Part shown: positions 29,118-42,920 of the stretch, piece after piece
Numbering within the stretch: position 1 is the stretch's first letter
Layout of the letters: each line of letters starts with the position of its first letter
Origin: the human T2T-CHM13v2.0 reference genome, Homo sapiens
Assembly (NCBI RefSeq): GCF_009914755.1
Contig: NC_060927.1
Direction: 5' to 3' (one strand)
Length of the DNA stretch: 64,000 bases
Notes under the pieces: model-generated
Databases searched by the model: none
What the model was told of the DNA's origin: nothing
The model's input: the letters and a program-made list of their open reading frames with translations, nothing else
Program-made: the position numbers and the translations under genes

Positions 29118-29849
29118 TACAATAAGGCAATACCATATTGCCTTGTGTGTATATAAACAGGCACAGGCAGGGCAACAAGGAGATCTCAAACATACCTCAA
29201 ATGCAAAACGCAACCAATAGTTCAGTGATTAGGGGTCAAATCCTCTCAATACTGTCAACTGGGAACCTGCCCCAAACCAATTTTAATATTTAGAAGTGTG
29301 CCAAGAAACCAAAAGGGTTGTTAACTTAAAGCAATGGAGAACCATCTCAAGGTTTTTTTGGAGAAAAGTAAGGTGACCTGTTATTAAGAGCATGAGCAGT
29401 GACATGGGTTCTCCATGGTTCTCTATAGATGAGGGGCTTTCTGTAATAAAAATATGTGTTCAGGCCACTTGCAATACAACTTATACATGTGGCAAAATGG
29501 GAAACTGAATGGAATATTTTGGGACTAGAGACAACTCTTTCTGATATGAGTGTAAAAGGAAAAACCTAGCCTCCCACATCAACTTTTATCAGTATGCATT
29601 TGACAATTATGTACTGACTCCAACTAAACACAAGAGACCTTTTAAATGCCGGGTCAGAAAGACACTTACTGGTATGTGACCTTAGTAAGTTACTCATCCT
29701 AGTGTCAGTGTGCTCATTGGTAAAATGGAGGTAAAAAGATCAACCTTGCAAAATAATTGCAATGATTAAATAATATAACTTATTAAAATCTTGGCTCTTG
29801 ATAGCAGGATTCAGGCTACAGAAGGAGTCAGACTAAATAATTTGGCCAA

Positions 29850-30056
29850 TAGATCAGAATCATGATCCAAAAGGCCTTCAGGAGCCAGTAAAAATTTGAG
29901 GTGGCTAAGAGTAGGAAATAGAGTGATGGACACTGTGGGGAACTAGAGAGTAAAAAGGTCTTCAAATTAAAAAATACACGAGAGTCTGGGCTTTCCAAAC
30001 AAAATATGTTGCCTGGCCAAGTTCTGCCTGCCAGATCCTAGTGTTCAGCCACTGTT
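29850..30056. mobile_element. hAT-Charlie MITE remnant (MER102/MER103-like)
   Basis: aaggccttcaggagccag...gacactgtggggaactagagag...ccaaacaaaatatg...ccactg; resembles 57131-57328. Confidence 0.35.
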
Positions 30057-30727
30057 CTAGATCATTATCTGGGCTCCCATTGCCGTGCCATATGATTGAC
30101 AGGTATTACCAATCAAACAAATCACTTTTTTACTGAGCTTAGATGAGCCCTGAGAATTCTTCTCATTATGATACATTGTGAGATTTAGTTTACTGATTCT
30201 TCTCCCACCCTGCTTCCCAGGCTCAATATGATGGTTACAACAAGTTCACTTTGAACATATTTTCAAAAATACTTTAACATATGAGTGAAGGGGGTAGTAT
30301 TTCTTGTATAAATGTGCAGTTTCCCAGTACCTTCTTCTCCTAACTCCCAACTGTCCACAATTAATTTTTTTCCTTTTGCATTCATTTTAAAATATATATC
30401 AAGTCTGCACTACTCAGGCATTAGGGCTATAAGGTTACCCGTCCCTTAAGGGATGCAGAGTCTCATAGTGTGCTATGGAACAAGGAGCCTAGGGATCCTG
30501 GCAAGAGTAGACAGGGAAATAGGCTTATTTAGGAAGTTGAGAAAACAATGCCTGGCTCCAGTGTTGGCTGGCACAAATAACTTCACCACTCTGAGTCTGT
30601 TTCCTTAGCTTCCAGTCAGGATAATAATCTCTTCCTTGACCACCTGATGATGTAACTGTGAGGATCAAATAAGTTCATGAGTGCGTAAGAGTTTGGCAAA
30701 CTAAAAGCCTTTTAACATTGTTGTTCT

Positions 30728-31005
30728 TCACGCCTGTGATCCCAGCACTTTGGGAGGCTGAGGCGGGTGGATCATGAGGTCAAAAATCGAGACCATCCTG
30801 GCTAACATAGTGAAACCCTGTCTCTACTAAAAATACAAAAATTAGCCAGGTGTGGTGGTGCACGCCTGTAATCCCAGCTACTCAGGAGGCTGAGGCAGGA
30901 GAATTGCTTGAACCCGGGAGGTGGACGTTGCAATCAGCTGAGATTACACCACTGCACTCCAGAATGGCGGCAGAGTGAGACTCTGTCTCAAAGAAAGAAA
31001 AAAAA
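30728..31005 (+). mobile_element. AluSc-like, slightly 5'-truncated
   Basis: tcacgcctgt...gatcatgaggtc...gagaccatcctggctaac...tggcggcagagtgagac and A-rich tail; core TSD ttgttct at 30721-30727 and 31009-31015. Confidence 0.92.
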
Positions 31006-32389
31006 GTATTGTTCTGTTGTAAGGGAATTGTGGGGAGTGGGTTGGTAGAGTATGTCTGATGAGGCTGCTGGGCTGCTGTGTACTGATTAAGTTGTATAAT
31101 TTTAAGATTTGCCATAAAATATGTGTTAAGAGTGTCCAGGAAACCAAGAGAACTTTCTTTGCAAGGATCCATGTTTGGTGATAATAATCTCAAAGAACAG
31201 AAGTAAAATAAACGAAACTATCATTTTGTAGATTGTGTCATCCCTGTGCTACAAACAATGGAACTTTCTGCTGTCTACCATCTATCATCTTAACTTACCC
31301 TAACACACTCATGAACTCATGTGGTGCTCACAACAGCATCGTGAGGTAGTCCAGGAGTGGATGGATGCCCTTGGGAAGTTACTCATGTCCAGCCAGCATG
31401 ACAGCCAGGAATTGAATATGGGTTTTCTGACTTTTTATATAACACTGTCAACTTTCATGTCTACTCCTACATAAAAATATTGTTCAACTAAGCTTTCTAG
31501 AGGAAGATGGGAAGAGGAAATAAAAAAGAAGTTAAAACACTGCTATTCCCGTCCATGTCTTTAGCTGGATACCAGAGATGGCACTGCTAGGCTTTGGCTG
31601 CCCTTGGCTTGCATAATCATGCCCTGATTGAATCATTGTGCTGGCATGGCCTTACCTGCAGCTAACCTGATGTCCTTCTGCCTTGCTCAAATGCTAGAAG
31701 GCATAGATTTACACTTAAATCAATATTTAATCTAATGTACCTCTCTTGACTCCATTTGTAAAATGGTGTGTAGATCTTGGATAAGAACACAAGCCTACAA
31801 GCTGAATCAAAGCCATTTGCAAGGCAGCAAAATCAAGAAGGAGACATGGCAATAAATGCAGAAGAGGGAAGGTCTCCTTGACAAGGAATAGCGTATTTTC
31901 TTGCCCTCCTCCTTTTTTATTAAAGCACTATTAAAGACAATAGTGATTTAACATGCCTTGTTGCAAGTGAGGCTCAGGATTCCAATAGGCCCAAAGACAT
32001 TAACAATAATGAAGAAAAATACCCTAACAAAATAGTTGGAATTCTTTTCAGTCATACATCATAATACTTCAGAGGATATTTTCATTATATGGATAAGAAA
32101 AGGCCTTATATATGCCTTTTTTCATATCATAAAATAATAAACACAGGGATACTGAATGCAACTTAAACCTAAATATTTCATTATTATGTAGAAACTGAAA
32201 TCTATGGTCACTATTCAAAGTGCCCCTGACTCAAAATGATTTGCCCGAATTCCATTTAGATTAATTTCAAACTAGAAATGGAAATCTTAGCTTGATCTTC
32301 TTTAAACAGGTTGAACTTCAATTTCCAAGTCTGGAAAATAAATTGTTGTCTGTGGAAGGGAAATGATAAATTAAGTGAGCTTGAAGCAT

Positions 32390-32528
32390 GAAGGAAGAAA
32401 GAAAGAAGGGAAGAAAAAGAGAAGAAAAAGGGAAGAAAGAGAAGAGAAAGAAAAGGAAAGAAAAAGAGAGAGAAGAGAGGGAAGAGAAGAGGAAGGAAAG
32501 AGAGGGGAGAGAAGGAGAGGGGAGAAAT
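32390..32528. repeat. GA-rich polypurine low-complexity tract
   Basis: About 140 nt of uninterrupted A/G. Confidence 0.9.
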
Positions 32529-33308
32529 CACTTCCAGTGAGCTGGAAGAATCAGTTTCTCAATAGTAAACTGTACATCTTTCTTATTGGCAAAATCAGAC
32601 TTATCTCTATCAAAGAGAGTTCAAGTCTTCAAGTTCAACGAATTGGTCTACTTAATTTAGAAGTGTTTTCACTCTTCCTATGCTAAAATATTGTCTCATA
32701 TTCAATAATGTTCTACATGACCATGTTTTTGGTGGACAGTAAAATCACAGAAAGGGATTCATTCCATAAATTTACAATTAAGTGATGCTATGAGGCATAT
32801 AAAATGAACAGCATTTCATCCGTAAGTTCTATTGCCTGCTTATAAGTGTCAACAAAATGCCCCTAACTCCAGAATGCCTTTGGAATTGCGTGTTACATTG
32901 ATAGAAGACTTTAGCTACATGCTTCTAAATCCGTAGTTTCAATAAGCAATGGCTCCACTCATAAGCAGTGCCTTTAATGTCACTTGTGGTAACTAAGGCT
33001 TTTGGAAGTCAAGTCAGATTCAAGACAAGGAACACATTTGATAACACATCTAATACAAAGCATAAACGTTGAATTTATATAGTGGTGAAACAGCCTCTCA
33101 TAATTTCTTTCAGCCCTGCCCCCAAAGCTTCTTCAAATACACATATAATCAGAGCAGGAGCGTGGCACTTGCTGTGCAAGTACACCTTCAAGCCAAGTGC
33201 CTTTCTCCTCTTCAATTCCATAGCCTCCCCCAAACCCATCCTATAGGAAAATTTTGAAGCCTTTACATGAACAAAATTATGACATTTGAAAATGTTCAAA
33301 ATACCTAA

Positions 33309-33626
<318 letters not shown>

Positions 33627-34656
33627 CACATTTAGTATTCTTGTAATGACTATGAGATTTAAAACCATCCTACTAATTCACTGTAATAAGCTAAGATTTT
33701 GTCACAAGCATAGTTAGGAACACCATTCTCTATCTGAAGGGCACATGTTAAAGTACACGTGGGTGGTTATTTGTTTTTATGTTAATGTTTACACAACCCT
33801 CTTAACTCTGATGACACATGTCTTTCTATGCCAGTGGGCAAGAGTGTTAGACAAAGACACTGTTTTCAAAATAAAAGGGAGAGCTTATGGATAAACCACT
33901 TGAGAATCACAACCATTCATCTATTTCTTTTTAACAGCACACATTTCCACTGTGAATGTCTGATATTGACATTTACTTTGTCATTTTAGGTTTAACTAAA
34001 CAGTCAATTAGAAAAACATGAACTATGCTTTAACTGATCTTTGGTGTAAATTAGATTATACCATTTCTGTTGGATTCATCTGAAAAAAATAAATCAATAC
34101 TTTAAAATCCATGTCCAAGAATCTCTAGTTGGCATCTGAATTTGTCAACAATTGTTCAATTGCTTAGTCAATACATGTTTATTCACTGAATAATCTGCCT
34201 GGTGCTAGGGAGATGCTAAGATAAATATAACTGTCTCTGCCCTTAGGTTATAATCTAGAAGGAAAAATAATGCACGTAGAGACTCATTCTGCTTTATATA
34301 AAGCAGAATGTTCTAGGAGGAAGACATAAAGTGCTGTGAGAGCTGAGGAGAAAGGTTTGATTGGAGCCTGTAGAGAGACAGAGATCAGGCAAGCCACAAA
34401 GAGCAGCTGGGATTAGGGTCCATACTGAAAAGAGGGGTAGATTTTTACCCTCAAATAAATATACTCTTTCCTTTTCCAGAAAGGGGAGTCCAGCTTTTCT
34501 AATCTTAATATGAAGATGATGACACAAAGATGTGTTTGAGAAAGTGAATCATATGGGCCAAGTGGTCTGCGTTGTGTGTAATTATTTCACCTACATGCCC
34601 CTAATTTCACTTAGCTGTAACAATAAAAAGCCAAAAAAGGTCTCAAAACATTTCTT

Positions 34657-35341
34657 CTTTTTTTTTTTTTTTTTAAGTTCTGGGATACATGTGCAGAACA
34701 TGCAGGTTTGTTAAATAGGTATACATGTGCCATGGTGCTTTGCTGTACCTCTCAACCCATCATCTAGGTTTTAAGCCCCACATGAATTAGGTATTTGTCT
34801 TAATGCTATCTCTCCCCTTGTCCCCCCATCCCCCAATAGAACCCAGTGTGTGATGTTCCCCTCCCTGTGTCCATGTGTTCCCATTGTTCAACTCCCACTT
34901 ATAAGTGAGAACATGCAGTGTTTGGTTTTCTGTTCCTGTGTTAGTTTGCTGAGAATGATGGCTTCCAGCTTCGTCCCTGTCCCTGCAAAGGACATGAACT
35001 CATTCTTTTTTATGGCTGCATAATATTCCATGGTGTATATGTGCCATATTTTCTTTATCCAGCCTATCATTGATGGGTATTTGGATTGGTTCCAAGTCTT
35101 TGCTATTGTAAATAGTGCTGCAATAAATATACGTGTGCATGTGTCTTTATAGTAGAATGGTTTATAATCCTTTGAGTATATATCCAGTAACGGGATTGCT
35201 AGGTCAAATGGTATTTCTGGTTCTAGATCCTTGAGGAATTGCCACACTGTCTTCCACAATGGTTGAACTAATTTACACTCCCACCAACAGTATAAAAGTG
35301 TTTCTATTTCTCCACAACCTCACCAGCAGTTGTTGTTTCCT
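34657..35341 (-). mobile_element. 5'-truncated L1, L1PA8-like
   Basis: Antisense ORF2 C-terminus (34888-35259 ORF) and 3'UTR catctaggttttaagccccacatg. TSD gtctSaaaacatttctt at 34640-34656 and 35342-35358. Confidence 0.93.
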
Positions 35342-35719
35342 GTCTGAAAACATTTCTTTTATAACAGATCTTCTCCACAGCCAATGCAAGAGAGAATTTT
35401 TTAAATGCAAAAAGAAAGTTAATAAAATATCAGATGGCAATAAATTGCTAGAATTTGGCTCAGCCTAGAAAACCAAATTTGTCTTTGACTTTGCAAACCA
35501 TGCCACATGGAGCTGGCTTCTGAATAAAATTGGGCTTCTAAAAAAAACTGGGGAGAAAAAGTACAACAATTACAACTGAATCCCAACAGTGTCAGGATCC
35601 ACCAGTCAGTAGCTGCTCTCATCTTTTGCTACTCACTCCAGTTAGGGTTTCCCAACCAATTGTAGCTGCAGGTACAACGGCAGCCACAGCTGGAGACTGC
35701 ACGGGACAAGAAAAGTAGC

Positions 35720-36200
35720 ACCCTCATGGCCCTGGAGTGTAGGCGTTGCTTTTTAGCCCACTGTGTGACCCTGGATAAGTCATGTCTCATCTCAGTTTTC
35801 TCATCTGAAAACTGCCATGCCTGCATCACAGGCTTGTTGTGATTTTTCCAGGGAGATAAGCCATATGAGAATGCTCTGTAAACTGCAAAGCGCTGCCTAA
35901 AGCTCAGGGAGTGTCTGTGTTAAAAACCATCACCATCGGCAGTTGGTTTCTGTCCTGAACAAGAAACCTCCCTTACTGAGGCAAAGTGCTTTAATTTTTG
36001 TAATCCAGGCCTTTCTTATTGCTGCTTTCACTTAGCTGTGTGGCCTCAGATAAGCCACTGAAACTTTTTAAGCCTCATTTTTCTCAAATTCAAAGTGGAC
36101 ACTGTAATTATGTCTGTACTGCCTATCTTTGAGGTTCACCATCATAATCAAGTAAGATAAAGGGATGTAAAAGCAAATTACAAATATAAAGCACCCCATA
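35720..36200 (+). mobile_element. Two MIR fragments
   Basis: ctgtgtgaccctggataagtca...ctcagttttctcatctgaaa and cacttagctgtgtggcctcagataag...agcctcatttttctc cores. Confidence 0.65.
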
Positions 36201-36636
36201 AATATTAATGTTATGCTCATATGGAGGTTCCACCTGGATTTCTGACCCAGACTTCTTGATTGAGTGCCTGACCCTTTCCTTTAAACCACCCACCTACATG
36301 TAGCTTGTCAAGTGCTGCTATCTTTAAGCTTTCAAGCCTTCTGCTCATCCTTCAAGTCCTGCTTGCCTCTCTGATTCTAGCCCACTGAACGCTAATACAG
36401 CACATGCTCCTACTCTGCAGTGGCCCACTCTACCCTGACCATCATTTTAGAAATCATATTCCAGCACCAAGCTCCTTCTACTCCACCATCCTGTGTCTAA
36501 GCCCAAGCTAGGCCATGAATTTTCAGAACTTGACAATTCCAGGTCTTTATCTGCAGCCTGCAACTCTCTGTTGCTTAGACTCTCAAAATTCACAGCTGAT
36601 TTTGTTTCATTTCATTCCTGGAAGATTCAAGTAGGG

Positions 36637-36816
36637 CAGTGATTCTCAGCATTGTCTGGACATTGGAATCACAAGGGGAACCTGAAAAGAATAACAATGC
36701 CTGGGTACTATCCCCCGAAGATTCTGATACAATGGGTCTGGAGGGTAGTGTGAGCATTAGGATTTTTCAAAACTACTCCTATGATTTAAATACATAGCTA
36801 AGTTTGAGAACCGCTG
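36637..36816. mobile_element. MER5A/MER5B hAT-Charlie MITE
   Basis: TIRs cagtgattctca / ttgagaaccgctg; internal cattggaatcac...gattctgat..aatgggtctgg. Confidence 0.8.
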
Positions 36817-39800
36817 ACTTAGGGGGCTGTTCCCAGCCAAGTTGTAACCTGGGATGGGGGTGGGGGCTGGTGACAACCCACCTCTCACCTGCATTGGGTG
36901 TGGTGGCCAGAATCTACAACAAAGGCAAGTCCTGAAACCAAATCCTAGGGAAACTGATTAAAAATAGCAGCCTAGTCCAATTGGGTTACCAGGTCTCAGG
37001 TAGCAGAACTCAGTAAAAAGAGAAATAGGTATGACAAGACCAGATCTTGGTGTCCCCAGTCAAGCATTGTTTAGATTCTATCCCTGGGTTTGGGAAGGGG
37101 GCATGGTCAAAGAAAATGAACATGATTTTCCCTATAGCAAACAATAATAGAATTTCCATGGTCTCAGAAGACAGCCTTTATTCTGATTTGTTCACATCTA
37201 CAAATTTATACCAACTCTGGGTCCTGGAAGTCTTGTTCTTTCCCACATATGAAGTCTGATAAAAAACCAGAGGTGAAGGTGGCAGGAGCCTCAATGACTT
37301 GTCCAAGGTCACACAGCAATCTGAAGGTAGGCTTAAGAGCAGAGGACAGGTCTTTTGTCACCATCCAACAATGGACCTATAGGAAATTGATTTGTATATC
37401 GTGTATTTAAGCCATGAAGTCAAGAACTATGTGGAATACTCTTTTAAAATAGATCACTATTTAGAAAATTTGTGACTCACAAAAATGTTTTTTAAAACTC
37501 TTTTTCCATTTTGAAACTGTAGAGCAAGATACTTTGTTAAGGACGGAACCCCAGCAGATGAGACCCAGGTATTTGCCACTTACTGTAAAGGAAAAAAGAG
37601 AGAGAAAATGAATCTGGATATTTTACTGGATTTTTCCCAGCTACCAGGAGATAATTAAGATTCTCTAATATATTTGCTCTGTAATTTCTTGGGGAGGGCA
37701 ATCACCTAGCTGGGATGCATTTTTTACCTAGAGCCAGGGTATTTATTCCTCTAAGGACTCACAATATAGTCAGATGCCAAGAACATGTGAATAATATTTC
37801 CATACAGGTGAATGTTAGGCCAGAAGTGAGGCACTAGAAGACTCATATCCCTGGAGGACTTCAGCTAACTGGGGCAAAGTCTGATGGAATCTACCTATAG
37901 ACCCAGATGGCCAGAGAAGACAAGCAAGGCAATAACAATAATATGCAGCATTGCACTTTACAGTTTACAAAACACTTTAAGGCATTGTAGTAGCCATGTC
38001 TCAGAAAAGTATACAAGTCAAGCAAGTGTCACAAAATAAGTTGAAACAACTTAAGCTATTTTAAGAAGCTGGGGAGAAAAATCACTGTGGGAATGCCCCA
38101 TGATTTGAAGAAACCTATTTCACAGGTGGCACAAGTAAGTTCAGCAAGATTATGTAACTTGTCAAGCTGACATGAAAATAATGATAGGCCCAATCCTAAT
38201 GATCAAGGTTCTTATTTCACATTCAGAGTCTATTTTACTATCACACCACAGATGCCTCAAGTAAAAGAAATGCAGGCAGGGTTGAGAGGCCAGGATGCCA
38301 GAGTCAGGAAGAACAGCACAAAGAAGAAGGTTTGGTGAGCCCAGTTCTAGGACTGGGTGTGAGACATCCTGGGCTGGTGAGTAGTAAGTAGGTGGTTGGA
38401 CTTAGGGCAGAGGCCTGGGGCTGCTGTCAGCCTTAATGAAGGAAGAGATGCCACCGTAATTAATGAGTGTTTCTGGAATGTCTGTATGCCCAGGTTGTAT
38501 CTGCACTGAAGATCATCTGAGCCGGCTGAGCAGTATTAAGTCTGTCTCTGAAATGACCACTCAGATATCGCCTCAACCTAATAAAATAACTTAATGGAAT
38601 TTTTCACTCTGATCAGATGGTTTCAGGCCCAGTTTAGGATGACTGATCACATTCCCTGAGCCGCTCTGTCATCCTCCCTTCGCTGGAGCTTGCTGGGTTG
38701 GCTAGTGATAGGATTTGAGTGATGTTGCCTTATGGTTTATGTCTCTGTTTAACTCGAATGAATATTATGGAACTTAAGTAAATTGTTTAAAATAAAGAAT
38801 AAAAGCATTTCTGTGTCTTTTCTCTATGTTGAGGGAATGATGGAATAGTGGACTTCATTTTAGAGAAAATCAGATATATCGATCTTTTCATCTATGTGGA
38901 TACTGAGAGCTTTCATACTTTGGTTTGGAAAGACGAACAAAATTCATACCCAACTAAATGCCTTATGTATGCCCAGAAAATTTTCCTCCATGAAAAAGAG
39001 ATCTTACAAGAAATCTGTACCTCACTTTCTCTATCCTGTGAAAGTTAGAGATCTTTTCTCACATTTTAAATGATACATGATACATGTATGCCTATGTATA
39101 AATGCTGCTCTAGATCATTTGGGGGACAGAAGGAAGAGGGCGGAAGAGCACTTGGAAGTATAGAGAAGTTGTTAATAGATGTTCATGATGAGAGATTAGA
39201 GTTTAACACGGTAACAGGCTTCCACTTCGTAAAATAATTGGTTAAGATCTTGATGGGGATTTTTCTTCCCAAACCTCTTGGTCACCCTGACCTGACTTTA
39301 GAAGTATCAAAGAGTGAGAAAGTCACATGTAGTCACATACACACATCATAAATAAGTGTGTATCCTCATAAAAATATGCAGAAAATTTTAAAGATCATGA
39401 TTTTTAATAAAGGATTTTATAGAAGCACACAATATCAGGAAGGGTTGTTAAAAACATAACATTGTGTTCACATGGTGTGTATTTATCAAATTAAGTTTAT
39501 CTAATTAGCGTGGCAAAATAAAACCCTTACTATAATTATAATTTGGAATTTTTGTACTATAAGAATTTTTTTCTCAAATTACAAAAGCTTGCATATGCCA
39601 TTTGTCTCTGTAAAAATTAAATATATTCATTTATACGTGGTATTTTAAAAATGAGAGATAGTGAGAAATTCTGGATGTGTTTACTGATGACCATGCCTAT
39701 AATTAGCTCCAACTTCCTCATTTAAAAAGGAGATTTCCAAGAATAATAGCTCATCTAATTGAAGATCATTATAAACAAATTAGGATGTAATTGTGAGTTG

Positions 39801-40174
39801 TGCTAATGATGCATGTTAAATGTATAAAGTGATATCCTGGTGTAGAATTATGGTGAATATGTTTGTCCTTACCATTCTTTGTAATTATCATTTCTGTTAT
39901 GCTTGTGCTGTTTCTGTTTTTTTTTTTTATGTGTATAACATTTTGGAAGTAGGGAAGTTGCAAAATTGGTGCTGTGCTTTGGGACAATTCATTTACTGAG
40001 CAGGTATGAGTTGGATTGGAGGAGCAAGAGAAGTCCTTGATGAAGGGAAGGGAGGAAGCTATAAAGAGAATGTTTAGTTTTATTAATATCTGATTTAAAA
40101 TATCATGTATTAGATGTTGATTCAACAGAGTTATATCATTCAGGAAAATATGACATATCAAAGAGAAATATATA

Positions 40175-40492
40175 CAGTAGTCTTCCCTTATCCTCAGAGG
40201 ATATGTTCCAAGACCCCCAGTGGCTGACTGAAGCTGTGAATAGTACTGAACCCCGTATATACTATGTTATTTCATATACATACATTCCTATGATAAAGTT
40301 GAATTTAGAAATTAGGCACAGTAAGAGATTAACAATAAAATAGAATAATTATAACAATATATGTAATAAAAATTATGTAAATGTGCCCCCCAAAATATCT
40401 TACCCTTCTCTACTCATGCAGTTTTGGGCTTTAGTTGACTGCAGGTAACTGGAATTATGGAAGGCAAAACCACAGATAAAGGAGCACTACTG
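40175..40492. mobile_element. MER44A (Tigger7-derived TcMar MITE)
   Basis: TIRs cagtagtcttcccttatcc / gataaaggagcactactg flanked by TA dinucleotides; internal gttccaagacccccagtgg. Confidence 0.88.
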
Positions 40493-42100
40493 TATTTTTA
40501 AAGAATGTTGGCAAAAATATATTAAACCTCAAAACTGGCTTAGCAATTAATAAAACTTTTGAGAATGTCTTCTGTGCAAGGAATTTTAAGCATTTTATCA
40601 TGCACATACTTGCAAAGTGATGCAGAGCTCTGAGGAAATAATCCAAAAGAAACTTTAAACATAATTGTAATATGAAATCACCATGAGTTATCTTCATGCA
40701 AATGTGTCTGGGTGACTCATGGCACTGATCCAATGACAACCCTTCTGTCCTCCCCAGTAGTTGTCCTTTCTCAGGAACAGGTGACCACGCCTGCCTAACC
40801 ACATACATCCCTCTCCTGAGAAAAGTCCACTCTCCAGGACCTCACTCTAGCTGCTGAGGGCACTCCCTGGAGGATGTGTTTAACTACATCTCCCAAAAGA
40901 CAAACTGCAAGCCCAGGAGGGCGATCTCAGCAGGCAAAGTATTCAGGACACAAGAGTGGCCTCTGAGCTTCTTTTCTTCTTTGGCTCCTGGAAACTAAGA
41001 ACAAGGGAAGAAGTGGACTCAGCATGGGCAATTTTTAAAAGTTACACAGTTAGTTCAGCCTCACAACAGATGAACTGACTTTTCTTTTTTTTTTTTTTAA
41101 AGGAGTTAATGGTTTGGGCTGGTTGTAATAGCTCCTTGTAATAGATAGTAAAGAGTTTTCTGGATTGAAGCCAAACTTACCTTCAGTGAAAAACACATGA
41201 AGGTAATTGCTTAGAGAACTTGCACACTGAAGAGAAGAACAGTTCATGACATTTTAACACAATAAATGATGGGGAAATCCCATTAGGGAATTAATCTTTT
41301 ATCCATGGAGCTAGAAAGTTAAAAGAGAGAAAACTAAAAGTATTCTTTTATCTGCTTTAAAGTGAAAAAACAAAATCCTAAGGGAGCTACATATTTGCTA
41401 GAAAGTACAGGGACTTTCCTGAGCTTGTGCTCTGATGAAATAAGGGGTTTTATTCTTAATGCAGTTTAACATGCATCTTCATGTGGACTTGTTTTCACTG
41501 AATACCTTTATGCTATTTCTGTAAGTATATTATTCTTCATTGTTCTAAACTTTGGCATCAAAAATTACATGTATATTTGATGATTCAAAGAAGATAATTA
41601 TAAGTTTCTCTTCTCTCTTTTTGATTATGCAATATATAATGAGGGCACATTTACTCTCTCTGCATACTCGGCACTCAATCATGTTTGCTGTTCACTCACA
41701 TTCTTCACTTTCTTAGAAGTCCTCATGCTCCGACTGCTGCTATCCCAGGTATGGTCTCCTGGGCCCCATGGTGGTTTTATAATGCTGGGATCAAAGCTCA
41801 GAGATTTAACTGCAGCCATTTTAAGGTTATGGCCCAGAAAATACTAATCAAAAAATTTAATAAAATGAAGATTGAGGGGAGCCTTGCTTTTCCAGGCTTC
41901 TTGCTCATACTGCTAATCAGCCTTTATTCATTTGACAAATATCACTGAGCACCTACTAGGTGCCCAAATCTAAGGGGCTGGAGATATAGAAATGTCCTTG
42001 CCTGAAAAAGTCTACACATAACTATAGTAGATCAGCATCTGAACAAGTTATTATAGTACCCTGTGAAAAATGCTATATAACAAAAAAAAATGTGATGCGG

Positions 42101-42920
42101 CTGTATCAGACAGAAATATTTCAATGCAAAGACACAAAGTAAGACTAAAACTCAGGGTAGCCCAAACAAAAAAGCTAATTTATTAGCTTGTACAACTAAA
42201 ACAGAATTATTGCTGATCCTAGGCACCTCCAGTACCTACAATGTAATTGTATTTAGAGATAGATCTTTGAAAATGTTATTGAGTTAAAATGGGGTCATTA
42301 GGGTGAGACCTAATCCAATATGACTGTGTCCTTATAAGAGGAGGAGATTTAGACACAGGCATACACAGAAGGAAGTCCACATGAAGACACAGGGAGAAAA
42401 GGAACATCCAGAAGCCAAGGAGAGAGGCCTCAGAAGAAACCAATCCTGCCAACACCTTGATCTCATACTTCTGGCCTCCAGAATTATGATAAAATGAATG
42501 TCTCCTTGTTTAACTCAGTCTGTAGTCCTGTGTTATGGCAGCCCTAGCAAACTAATACTGGGCACTGTCACAGGCTCCATGGCGGCTTCTCATCAACTCT
42601 TACCATCACCCTTTGGGCTACAAAATAGCATCAGCTGTTCCACACTTTACGATTTCTCACTATATTATCCAAGTGCAGCAAGAGGAAGCTTCTAGTAGCT
42701 CTCCATGTTTTAGAATTCCCACTCTTTACCATGCCTTTGTCTGAACAGTTGCTGTGGCTTAGGGAATGCAATTTGTGGACTGGCTGAAGCTATCCAGGAC
42801 ACACCCCTGAGGGTGGGTGAGGTCAGTTCCATCCAAACCGAATAAGGTGAGGTCCCCAAAGGAAGGTCAAGGAATAGTTGTAGAGCATAGCATGGAGATA
42901 ACCAACAAAGACCCACAGAA
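42101..42920 (-). mobile_element. Old MLT1 (K/L-like) LTR split by MLT1B
   Basis: tgtatcag...aatttattagct..tacaact on the left; ggactggctgaagc...cacccctg...ccccaaagga on the right. Confidence 0.4.
42225..42559 (+). mobile_element. MLT1B MaLR solo LTR
   Basis: ctaatccaatatgactg.gtccttataagaggaggag...aagccaaggagagaggcctcagaagaaacc...gttatggcagccctagcaaactaatac. Confidence 0.85.

Noticed and set aside
28621-29193. Overlapping Cys/Tyr/Gln-rich ORFs on both strands (e.g. 190 aa with QQYCIAVL repeats)
   Set aside because: They are open only because the 24-bp unit is a multiple of 3 and lacks stops in those frames; no promoter, splice or homology support.
32256-32686. Lys/Arg/Glu-rich and Phe/Leu/Ser-rich ORFs
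   Set aside because: These are translations of the GA low-complexity tract on each strand.
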